Part shown: in pieces, positions 56,720 through 64,000 of the stretch
Numbering within the stretch: position 1 is the first letter of the stretch
Layout: each line of letters starts with the position of its first letter
DNA from: Candidatus Marinacidobacterium sp.
Lineage (GTDB): Bacteria > Acidobacteriota > Vicinamibacteria > Marinacidobacterales > Marinacidobacteraceae
NCBI GenBank assembly: GCA_965202845.1
Contig: OZ241856.1
Span: 1,247,993 to 1,311,992 of the forward strand
Direction of reading: 5' to 3'
DNA: 64,000 nucleotides
Notes under the pieces: model-generated
What the model was told of the DNA's origin: nothing
Seen by the model: the letters and a program-made list of their open reading frames with translations, nothing else
The model's database searches: none
Made by a program: the position numbers and the translations under genes

Positions 56720-58863
56720 TGAGCCGCAACGACCTGCGCTGGATCGCCAATTACATATGGGGCATCGCGGACGACGTGCTGCGGGACCTCTACGTCCGCG
56801 GCAAGTACCGCGACGTCATCCTGCCGATGACGGTGCTCCGCCGCCTCGACGCGGTGCTGGAGGGCAGTACGCAAGCGGTGTTCGACACGAAGGCGCTGCT
56901 GGACCGGCAGGGCGTCATCACGCAGGACGCGGCGCTGCGGCAGGCGGCGGGTCAGGCGTTCTACAACGCTTCCAGGTTCTCGCTCCGGGACCTGCGGGCG
57001 CGCGCCAGCCGCCAGCAGCTCGAAGCCGATTTCCGCGCCTGGCTCGACGGCTTCTCCCCGAACGTGCAGGACATCCTCGACAACTTCGAGTTCCGCAACC
57101 AGATTCCCCGGCTTTCGAAGGCCGACGCCCTGGGGACGCTGATCGAAAAACTGACCTCGCCCGACGTCAACCTGGGGCCGCACCCGGTGAAGAACGCCGA
57201 CGGCTCAATCCGGCATCCCGGACTTGACAACCACGGCATGGGATCGATTTTCGAGGAGCTGGTGCGCCGCTTCAACGAGGAGAACAACGAGGAGGCGGGA
57301 GAGCACTGGACGCCGCGCGACGCCGTCCGGCTGATGGCGAAACTCATCTTCCTGCCGGTCGCCGACGCGATCCGCTCCGGGACCTACCTGCTCTACGACG
57401 GCGCCTGCGGCACCGGCGGCATGCTGACGGTGGCCGAGGAAACCCTGCAGGAGCTCGCGAACGAACGCGGCAAGCAGGTCTCCACCCATCTCTACGGGCA
57501 GGAGATCAACGCCGAGACCTACGCCATCTGCAAGGCCGACCTGCTGCTGAAGGGCGAGGGCGAAGCGGCCGACAACATCGTCGGCGGCCCGGAGCACTCC
57601 ACCCTCGCGAGCGACGCTTTCCCGTCGAGCGAATTCGATTTCATGCTCTCGAATCCGCCCTACGGCAAGAGCTGGAAGACCGATCTGGAGCGAATGGGCG
57701 GCAAGCGGGACATGCGCGACCCGCGCTTCGTCATCGAGCACGCCGATGACCCGGAGTATTCCCTGGTCACCCGGGTGAGCGACGGCCAGCTTCTGTTCCT
57801 GGCCAACAAGGTTTCCAAGATGAAGCGAAACACCCCGCTCGGCAGCCGCATCGCCGAGGTGCACAACGGAAGCTCGCTGTTCACCGGCGACGCCGGCCAG
57901 GGCGAGAGCAACATCCGCCGCTGGATCATCGAGAACGACTGGCTGGAGGCCATCGTCGCCCTGCCCCTGAACCTGTTCTACAACACCGGCATCGCCACCT
58001 ACGTGTGGGTGCTGGCCAACCGCAAGCCCGAGCATCGGCGCGGCAAGGTGCAACTCATCGATGCGACGAACTGGCATCGCCCGCTGCGCAAGAACCTCGG
58101 CAAGAAGAACTGCGAGCTCGGCGAGGACGACATCGCCCGCATCTGCGAAACCTTCCTCGCCTTCGAGGAAAGCGAACAGAGCCGGATTCTCGACAACCAG
58201 GCCCTCGGCTACTGGAAGGTGGTGGTCGAACGCCCCCTGCGGATCGCGAGCGCCGACCCGAACCGCGTCTACAAGCCGGCCGAAATCAGGCTGCTGACCG
58301 GAAACGGCCAGCGGAGCGGGGACGCGCCGCCGGTCATCCGCAAGGCGCACAAGCGGGGAACGGCGCCCGACCCGCTGCGCGGCCTCTTCGAGACCACGAT
58401 CCAGGGCAAGCCGGCCGTGGTCGAGTACGAGCCGGACAGCAAGCTGCGCGACACCGAGCAGATCCCGCTGACCGAGAAGGGCGGGATCGAGTCCTTCCTG
58501 CGGCGCGAAGTGCTGCCGCACGCCCCGGACGCCTGGTTCCGCCCCGAAAGCGTGAAGATCGGCTACGAGATCAGCTTCAACCGCTACTTCTACAAGCCGA
58601 AGCCGATGCGGACGCTGGCGGAAATCCGGTCCGATATTCTGGCCCTGGAACGGGAGAACGAGGGCTTGCTGGACGAAATCCTGAATCCGGGCGCACAGCC
58701 CGATGCCGACGAACACGGAGGAAACGACGCCATGACCGAAATCGTCTTTGAAGTGACCGAGGATGAAGAGGACGGCGGGTATTCGGCCAGAGCCATCGGA
58801 TACAGCATCCACACCCAAGGCGATTCCGTCGAAGAGCTTCGCTGCAACGAACCTATCTCGTAA
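56719..58863 (+). CDS. hsdM: type I restriction-modification system DNA methyltransferase subunit M, with read-through into a truncated hicB-like fragment
   Basis: HsdM_N motif IANYIWGIADDVLRDLYVRGKYRDVILPMTVLRRLD; N6-adenine methyltransferase motifs (DGACGTGGML, LSNPPYG); typical HsdM C-terminus ...FNRYFYKPKPMRTLAEIRSDILALERENEGLLDEIL. No stop occurs before the IS5 inverted repeat, so the ORF runs through the hicB-like residues to TAA 58861-58863. Confidence 0.75.
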   Translation: MSRNDLRWIANYIWGIADDVLRDLYVRGKYRDVILPMTVLRRLDAVLEGSTQAVFDTKALLDRQGVITQDAALRQAAGQAFYNASRFSLRDLRARASRQQLEADFRAWLDGFSPNVQDILDNFEFRNQIPRLSKADALGTLIEKLTSPDVNLGPHPVKNADGSIRHPGLDNHGMGSIFEELVRRFNEENNEEAGEHWTPRDAVRLMAKLIFLPVADAIRSGTYLLYDGACGTGGMLTVAEETLQELANERGKQVSTHLYGQEINAETYAICKADLLLKGEGEAADNIVGGPEHSTLASDAFPSSEFDFMLSNPPYGKSWKTDLERMGGKRDMRDPRFVIEHADDPEYSLVTRVSDGQLLFLANKVSKMKRNTPLGSRIAEVHNGSSLFTGDAGQGESNIRRWIIENDWLEAIVALPLNLFYNTGIATYVWVLANRKPEHRRGKVQLIDATNWHRPLRKNLGKKNCELGEDDIARICETFLAFEESEQSRILDNQALGYWKVVVERPLRIASADPNRVYKPAEIRLLTGNGQRSGDAPPVIRKAHKRGTAPDPLRGLFETTIQGKPAVVEYEPDSKLRDTEQIPLTEKGGIESFLRREVLPHAPDAWFRPESVKIGYEISFNRYFYKPKPMRTLAEIRSDILALERENEGLLDEILNPGAQPDADEHGGNDAMTEIVFEVTEDEEDGGYSARAIGYSIHTQGDSVEELRCNEPIS
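56720..56723 (+). repeat. TGAG target-site duplication, right copy
   Basis: See left copy; the IS terminal G plus this TG forms the GTG that now starts hsdM. Confidence 0.6.
58728..58847 (+). pseudogene. hicB: HicB-family (UPF0150 / RNase-H-like) antitoxin gene, N-terminal 40 codons only, truncated by IS5-family insertion
   Basis: MTEIVFEVTEDEEDGGYSARAIGYSIHTQGDSVEELRCN matches the HicB N-domain consensus (...E.EEDGGYsv.vPdLPGC.sQGdT.EEAl.N...); homology stops at the IS5 left IR (58848). Confidence 0.55.
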
Positions 58864-59371
58864 TTGAAATTTTGGGATGATCTGTGTACAATCCAAACCA
58901 TGTCCCGCTTGGCCCACTTGATTCGAATCAGAGAAAAATACTGGGGGAAAATTCAGAAATTCTTCCCGGAAGAAAACATCCCCAAAGGACGTCGGGGACG
59001 AAAGCCCGTGCCCGCACGCGAAGTTCTCGAAGCCGTTCTTTGGCTCCTGCATACCGGTGCGCCGTGGAGGTTTCTGCCGCCAGAGTATCCGAATTACAAA
59101 ACCGTTCATCGCAGGTATCAAGCCTGGTGTCGCGCCGGTGTTTATCCGAAAATCATGGAGAGATTGGTAGCTGAACTTCAAGAGTGCGGTCAGTACGATG
59201 GATCGGAAGGTTTTATCGACGGAATGTTCTTACCTGCGAAAGGCGGAGGTCTCGAAATCGGACGGACGAAGCGTGGTAAAGGCATGAGGATCATGGCGAT
59301 AGTTGAGAAACATGGTTTGCCTTACTCGATCAGCGTACATGCTGCGAATCACCACGAAGTGAAGTTGGTTC

Positions 59372-59483
59372 AGTTGAATCTGCCATTCCGCATGGTAGAA
59401 GAAAAACCGAAAAATCTGATTGGAGACAAAGCCTACGACAGTGATGCGTTGGACGAGGATATGCGCGAGAAAGGAATCAACAT
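59372..59483 (+). repeat. 112-bp direct repeat, copy A: long target-site duplication of the IS1634-family element
   Basis: AGTTGAATCTGCCATTCCGCATGGTAGAAG...GAAAGGAATCAACAT is identical at 59372-59483 and 61407-61518, immediately flanking the nested element. Confidence 0.8.
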
Positions 59484-61406
59484 CTTGACTTCGACAGTTT
59501 TGATCGATAAGTCCTTGACTGTCAATAGCCGACATTTCTGGCTAGGCACTACAAACGTAGCCCTCTGAAGGCTACGCCGGCGGAGGTTCGGCCCTCAGGC
59601 GAGCTGGTACGGCGTGGTCGGCAGGGGAAGTCTCATCGCGGCGTAGATAGCCTCGGCCTCCAGGGACGGCTTCGAGGGGATGGCGTATCGCTCTCCCGTT
59701 TTCTCGCAAAGCAACACCGTGCACTTGCGGTGCGCCAGCGCGTTGCGGATGACTTCGGGAGACATCCGTTCCTTCTGGAGCGCGACCCGATAGGCCAGAT
59801 GGCGCACGCAGGCGAACGCCATGAAGGCGATCGCGATGTGGGCGCGGATCCGTTGTTCGGTCCAGTGCCAGATCGGCCGGACGCGCAGATCGTGCTTGGT
59901 GATGCGGAAGCTCTCCTCGACCCGCCAGAGTCCCCGGTAGTGCGACAGCACCTCGGCGGCCCGCGCGTCGCGCAGGTTGGTGATGACGCCGGCCAGTCCG
60001 TCCCAGCGCGCCGCCTCGTCGATCTTCTTCTGATCCAGGACGAGTCGCGCATCCCCTTCAACGGCGATGAAGCGCTTGGCGCCATGCTGGGACAACAGCG
60101 CTTTGGGGTTGTCGCTTTGCGACAGCTTGTCGAACGCCCGCTGGATCGCCTTGCGGCGATCGTGGGCGTCCTTGTGCGCTCGCTTGGCGGACCACGTGAC
60201 GATCAACTGTCGCCCCTGGTGCTCCCATTCGTTCACCCGGCGCTCCGAGGAGCCTTCCAACGGGCCGTAGGAGTCCAGGTTCCAGATCTTCTTGCGTAGC
60301 GCGCCGGGGAGCTGGCGCAGCCGGGCGCCCACCACATAGCCGCCGCCCATCGCGTCCAGAGCCTCCAGGTTGGCGGCGCTGAGCATCCCCCGATCCGCCA
60401 CGCAGACCGCCTGCTGCGCCGGATGACGCCGCAGCAAGCCCTCGAACACCGGAACCAGGCTGTGCCCCTCGTAGGCGGCGCCGGGGAACACCTCGTAGCT
60501 CACCGGAAGCCCCTCGCGGGTGACCATCAGCGCCAGCAGCACCTGCGAGTAGCGGTGCTTGCCGTCCTTGCTGTACCCCTTCTGGCGGAGTTCGTCCTCC
60601 TCCTCCGTCGCAAAGGCCAGCGTGGTGCAGTCGAAGAACAGCACCGAGACCGGATCGGGCAACACCGAGCGGGTGGCGTCGCCGACCCGGGCGCGAAGCC
60701 GTTCGATTGTCCTCGCGTCCAGCCGATCCATCATCCGGTAGACCTTGTGAAGCGGAAGGCTCACCCCGAAGTCGTCTTCAAGATTCCGCACGCTGCCGCG
60801 CTTGCTGTCCGGGTTGGCGATCCGCGCCATCACCGTGTGGAAGAGCGCGTCGTGGTACGCCCGATAGCGGGAGCGCGGCAACAGCGCATGCAGCCCCAGA
60901 TGCCGGTAGACCTCGCCGTAGACCTCATGGATCCCGGTCGTGATCGGTTGCGCTTCCTTCAGTTGCTTGAGATCGACCGGGAGGGACTCCTTGCCGTCCC
61001 CCTCGCGCCCAACGCGGATGACCTGCTCGGCGATCTTCTCGGAGGAGAAGAGGAGAGGCGGCTGGCGTTCGTCCTTGAGCTTGTCCTTGATGAACTCGCC
61101 GAGCCGCTTCAGGCGTTCGAGCTCCTTGTCGTCCTTTGCGACGCCGACGTGGCGGACGATGCGCTGGCGGACCTTGGTTCCTTTGCGTACGCCTTCGACG
61201 AGTTGTACGGAGCGCCGGGGGCTGTTGGGAGTGGACTTGACGCGAACGAACATGGGTGGAGTATAGCACAGAAGTCAAACCAGAAAAATCGCTAGGCACA
61301 ACAGAGCGAGTAGCGAAAAGCTCCCTTGTTTCAGAACATGTTTGTTTTCAACAGCTTCCCGATCCGACGCTCCGACCGAAATCGGGCTCAAACTGTCAAA
61401 GTCGGG
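59484..61406 (-). mobile_element. IS1634-family (IS4 superfamily) insertion sequence, 1923 bp, nested in the IS5-family element
   Basis: Imperfect terminal IRs CTTGACTTCGACAGTTTTGA (59484-59503) and CCCGACTTTGACAGTTTGAG (reverse complement of 61387-61406); contains a single 552-aa transposase ORF; flanked by 112-bp direct repeats, a hallmark of IS1634-type elements. Confidence 0.75.
59595..61253 (-). CDS. IS1634-family transposase
   Basis: MFVRVKSTPNSPRRSVQLVEGVRKGTKVRQRIVRHVGVAKDDKE... is the conserved IS1634-family N-terminus; 552 aa. Confidence 0.8.
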   Translation of the reverse strand: MFVRVKSTPNSPRRSVQLVEGVRKGTKVRQRIVRHVGVAKDDKELERLKRLGEFIKDKLKDERQPPLLFSSEKIAEQVIRVGREGDGKESLPVDLKQLKEAQPITTGIHEVYGEVYRHLGLHALLPRSRYRAYHDALFHTVMARIANPDSKRGSVRNLEDDFGVSLPLHKVYRMMDRLDARTIERLRARVGDATRSVLPDPVSVLFFDCTTLAFATEEEDELRQKGYSKDGKHRYSQVLLALMVTREGLPVSYEVFPGAAYEGHSLVPVFEGLLRRHPAQQAVCVADRGMLSAANLEALDAMGGGYVVGARLRQLPGALRKKIWNLDSYGPLEGSSERRVNEWEHQGRQLIVTWSAKRAHKDAHDRRKAIQRAFDKLSQSDNPKALLSQHGAKRFIAVEGDARLVLDQKKIDEAARWDGLAGVITNLRDARAAEVLSHYRGLWRVEESFRITKHDLRVRPIWHWTEQRIRAHIAIAFMAFACVRHLAYRVALQKERMSPEVIRNALAHRKCTVLLCEKTGERYAIPSKPSLEAEAIYAAMRLPLPTTPYQLA

Positions 61407-61518
61407 AGTTGAATCTGCCATTCCGCATGGTAGAAGAAAAACCGAAAAATCTGATTGGAGACAAAGCCTACGACAGTGATGCGTTGGACGAGGATATGCG
61501 CGAGAAAGGAATCAACAT
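61407..61518 (+). repeat. 112-bp direct repeat, copy B
   Basis: Identical to 59372-59483. Confidence 0.8.
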
Positions 61519-61738
61519 GATCGCGCCGCACCGCAAGAACCGAAAGAGGCCGAGGACGCAAGACGGACGTCGGCTACGTCGGTATCAGAGGAGGTGGATG
61601 GTAGAACGCTTCTTCGCGTGGATACAGTGGCAGCGACGGATTCTGATTCGATGGGAATTTCATCCAGAAAACTTCTTGGGTTTCGTTCAGCTGGCCTGCA
61701 TCACAGTCCTTCTCAGGCAATTTTGAGATAGGTTCGGA

Positions 61739-62779
61739 TCACTTCCACGGGCAAGCCCACAAAATCGGCGGCGACGCTTCCTGGTCGTCGCCGACAAATT
61801 CCAGACCGGCTACGACGAACCGCTCCTGCACACCATGTACGTCGACAAGCATCTTTCCGGCGTCAAGGCGGTGCAGACGCTCTCGCGCCTCAACCGGGCG
61901 CACCCGAAGAAGAAGGACGTCTTCGTGCTCGACTTCATGAACGACGCCGAGACCATCCGCGACGCTTTCGCCGACTACTACCGGACGACGATCCTCGCCG
62001 ACGAAACCGACCCCGACAAGCTGCACGACCTCTCGGCGGCGCTCGATGGGGCGGATGTCTACACACCCCGACAGGTGGATGACATCGTGGAGCGCTTCCT
62101 GGGCGGAGCGGCGCGCGATCAACTCGATCCGATTCTGGATGCCTGCACGGTCCGCTACCTGCGCGATCTCGACGAGGACGGACAGGTCGATTTCAAGGGG
62201 AAGGCCAAGGCGTTCACGCGGACGTACGACTTTCTGGGGTGCCTGCTGCCCTGGGCGAACCCGGCGTGGGAAAAGCGGTCGATCTTCCTGAACCTGCTGA
62301 TTCCGAAGCTGCCCGCACCGCAGGAAACCGACCTGTCCAGGGGCATCCTCGACGTCATCGATCTGGACGGCTACCGGGTCGAAAAGCGGGCCGCCCGGAA
62401 GCTCCTGCTGCCCGATGAGGATGTGGAGATCGACCCGACGCCCGCCGGGGGCGGCGGCGGCGCGCCGGAGCCGGAAATGGGCAGCATCTCGGAGATCCTC
62501 ATGGGGTTCAACAAATGGGAGGACCCCGAGCACGTGGAGACCATGATCACCGTGACGCTCCCGGCCCGCGTCGCGAAGGACCCCGCCTTCCGGAACGCGC
62601 TCCGGAACTCCGACGCGACCAACACCCGCATCGAGCTCGAACGGGCGCTGACGCGCACCATGAACGACGTGATGAAGGACGATGTCGAACTCTACAAGCA
62701 GTACTTCGACAACGACGGCTTCCGGCGCTGGCTGATCGCCAAGGTGGGCGAACTCACCGAGAAGACGCCGGCGGCGTGA
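61739..62779 (+). pseudogene. hsdR: type I restriction enzyme R subunit, C-terminal about 347 codons only; the 5' two-thirds are missing at the IS5-family junction
   Basis: The frame opens at the IS5 right IR with ...RRRRFLVVADKFQTGYDEPLLHTMYVDKHLSGVKAVQTLSRLNRAHPKKKDVFVLDFMNDAETIRDAFADYY, matching the end of HsdR helicase motif VI and the C-terminal helical domain. No start codon and no helicase N-terminal motifs are present. Confidence 0.7.
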
Positions 62780-62809
62780 CCGCCGGCGCCGGGGGCGTTC
62801 AGGGGGAAG

Positions 62810-63304
62810 TCAGCCGATCGCGCCCTCGAGGTGCATGTGACCGAAGTGGATGACCAGCACCGGCTTGCCGGCGAAGTCGCCGCTCCCGGCAGTGATGTCG
62901 ATGCGCATGTGCTCGGCGGTCCCCATGTCCTCGGAGTAGCGCGAGTCCAGCTTCGTCACCTTGCTCATGTCGGGGCCGGTCTCGCGGTTGACCATGCCCT
63001 CGTGGAGCGCCATCGTCCAGCTTCCGTCGTCCCCCTTGATGACGCCGATGACGTACTCACCGGCGCCGATGGACGCGCTGCCGGACATCACGCCGGCGGA
63101 CAGGTTCAGGCGCGGGTTGCGCGGCGCCACGAAGGTCCCGGCCTCAACCGCCGCGACCCGCTCCATGTTGGCGTCGGTGGAGTTGTAGCGGATGCTCACC
63201 TCGGTCTCGCCGACCGTGGTGGAGACCGTCTTGTTGAAATGCGGATGCGCCGCCGCGGCCGCGACGGTCGCAAGGGCGACGAGCAGGAAGGAAAATGCGC
63301 GCAT
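62810..63304 (-). CDS. DUF2911-family secreted protein
   Basis: 164 aa from MRAFSFLLVALATVAAAAAHPHF (signal peptide) inside ORF 62810..63682; the start coordinate is taken from the ORF frame (about 1 nt uncertainty). Confidence 0.55.
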   Translation of the reverse strand: MRAFSFLLVALATVAAAAAHPHFNKTVSTTVGETEVSIRYNSTDANMERVAAVEAGTFVAPRNPRLNLSAGVMSGSASIGAGEYVIGVIKGDDGSWTMALHEGMVNRETGPDMSKVTKLDSRYSEDMGTAEHMRIDITAGSGDFAGKPVLVIHFGHMHLEGAIG

Positions 63305-63368
63305 GGGGAAACATCTCTCTTGATGGGGGCGCCCAAACCGGGCGCGGAAAGTCGGGAAGCCCGGTATC

Positions 63369-64000
63369 CTACAGGGAACGCGCCATCGCGCGCGCGACCT
63401 GGAGCACCCGGTCGATGTCCTCCGCGTCGTTGTAGAGGTGGGGCGAGAGGCGGACCACCCCGCTGCGGATCGAAAACACCACGCCGGCCGCCTCGAGGCG
63501 CCGCGCGAAGTCCCGCGTCCGCGAATCGTCGGCGGTGTCGTGGCCGCCCTCTCCGGGCGAGCCGACCGCGACGATGTGGCCGAGATGGGGGCCGGGCGCC
63601 CCGCCCGCCACCGGAAATCCGAGGTCCCCCAACCCCTCGGCGAGGGCGGCGGCCAGGCCCCGGACATGCCGCTCGATCGCACGGTCCCCGAAGCGGCCCA
63701 GCAGGGCGAGCGCCGCGTCGGCGGCGACCGCCCCGACGAAGTTGTAGTTTCCGAGATCGAAGCGCCGCGCCGCCGGAGCGTAGGCGAGGCCGTCTTCCGG
63801 GATCAATGTCTCGCCGCCCGCCGCCTCCACTCCGAAGCGCCCCAGGGCGCGCGGCAGGAGCGATTCCGCCACGTCGCGCCGACAGTAGAGAAACCCGGTT
63901 CCATAGAGGGCGGCGAGCGCCTTCTGGGTCGCCACCGCCAGCACGTCGGCGCCCAGTTCCGCCACGTCGGTGCGCAGCGCCCCCACCGACTGGGCGGCGT
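63369..64000 (-). CDS. class V aminotransferase / cysteine desulfurase-like protein, C-terminal part (5' end beyond the window edge)
   Basis: ORF 63369..63986 matches the C-terminal small domain of fold-type I class V PLP enzymes; the open frame reaches the window end. Confidence 0.5.
   Translation of the reverse strand, partial: AAQSVGALRTDVAELGADVLAVATQKALAALYGTGFLYCRRDVAESLLPRALGRFGVEAAGGETLIPEDGLAYAPAARRFDLGNYNFVGAVAADAALALLGRFGDRAIERHVRGLAAALAEGLGDLGFPVAGGAPGPHLGHIVAVGSPGEGGHDTADDSRTRDFARRLEAAGVVFSIRSGVVRLSPHLYNDAEDIDRVLQVARAMARSL

Larger units (their letters stand above)
58900..61726 (+). pseudogene. IS5-family transposase split into a 5' part (58900-59483) and a 3' part (61407-61726) by an IS1634-family insertion
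   Basis: N-part MSRLAHLIRIREKYWGKIQKFFPEENIPKGRRGRKPVPAREVLEAVLWLLHTGAPWRFLP...; C-part ...DKAYDSDALDEDMREKGINMIAPHRKNRKRP...RRWMVERFFAWIQWQRRILIRWEF (the IS5/IS427 signature). The frame arithmetic (2035 bp removed, frame 1 to 2) is consistent. Confidence 0.75.
58848..61736 (+). mobile_element. IS5-family (IS427-like subgroup) insertion sequence, itself disrupted by a nested IS
   Basis: 12-bp perfect terminal IRs CGAACCTATCTC (58848-58859) and GAGATAGGTTCG (61725-61736). After removing the nested element plus one duplicate, the transposase frame is continuous and about 270 aa long. Confidence 0.75.

Noticed and set aside
1-64000. CRISPR arrays or rRNA genes
   Set aside because: No regularly spaced short direct repeats and no rRNA-like conserved segments were seen. 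The only tandem repeats are the 33-bp coding repeats at 52200-52298 and the IS-associated duplications.

Overview
This is a high-GC (about 68-70%) bacterial chromosomal window. The gene content (multiheme cytochromes, CRTAC1/ASPIC, Vps10/BNR, DUF4097 and PIG-L family proteins) suggests Acidobacteriota or Gemmatimonadota, but that is a guess from sequence alone.

The core, roughly 1.5-52 kb, is densely packed housekeeping DNA: riboflavin genes (ribE, ribBA, ribD), efp-epmA, aspS, a dcd-like gene next to dcd and ndk, sucCD-mdh-icd, coaD, rsmD, recG, pgpA-cinA, nrdR, tyrA and transporters. Several operons use 4-nt start/stop overlaps and several genes use GTG or TTG starts.

Two copies of an IS1380-family insertion sequence bracket this core. 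Copy 1 (nt 1-1478, + strand) is cut by the window edge. Copy 2 (nt 54810-56719, - strand) is complete, and the two copies are 100% identical over the shared part but in inverted orientation.

The last 12 kb is an accessory region.
- Initiator tRNA-fMet (52500-52575) and, on the opposite strand, tRNA-Thr(CGU) (54683-54754) bracket a mini-island. It holds a dinJ/yafQ toxin-antitoxin pair whose toxin is frameshifted, a 2-TM potassium channel with an RCK domain, and a small membrane protein.
- IS copy 2 sits exactly on the start codon of a type I restriction-modification hsdM gene, with a TGAG target duplication, and rebuilds that start as GTG.
- Downstream, the restriction-modification locus is decayed. 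A hicB-like antitoxin fragment is truncated by an IS5-family element. That IS5 element is itself split by a nested IS1634-family element flanked by a 112-bp direct duplication. Only the C-terminal third of hsdR survives, and hsdS is absent.

Other points worth a second look:
- an ECF sigma / anti-sigma operon followed by TM2-like, DUF5668 and two DUF4097 genes, a Lia-like envelope stress module driven by a sigma factor rather than a two-component system;
- a 923-aa ORF fusing a GH4-like domain to a DUF3179 domain, with an internal lipobox-like signal segment;
- an 8-heme c-type cytochrome with HEAT/TPR repeats next to a CRTAC1/ASPIC protein;
- two short lower-GC orphan genes;
- an orphan HigA-like antitoxin with no toxin partner;
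- a coiled-coil protein gene with 33-bp tandem repeats whose 3' end runs into tRNA-fMet;
- a 43-codon gene remnant directly abutting IS copy 1.

I found no CRISPR array, no rRNA and no clear riboswitch. Coordinates derived by hand-indexing the sequence may be off by 1-2 nt.
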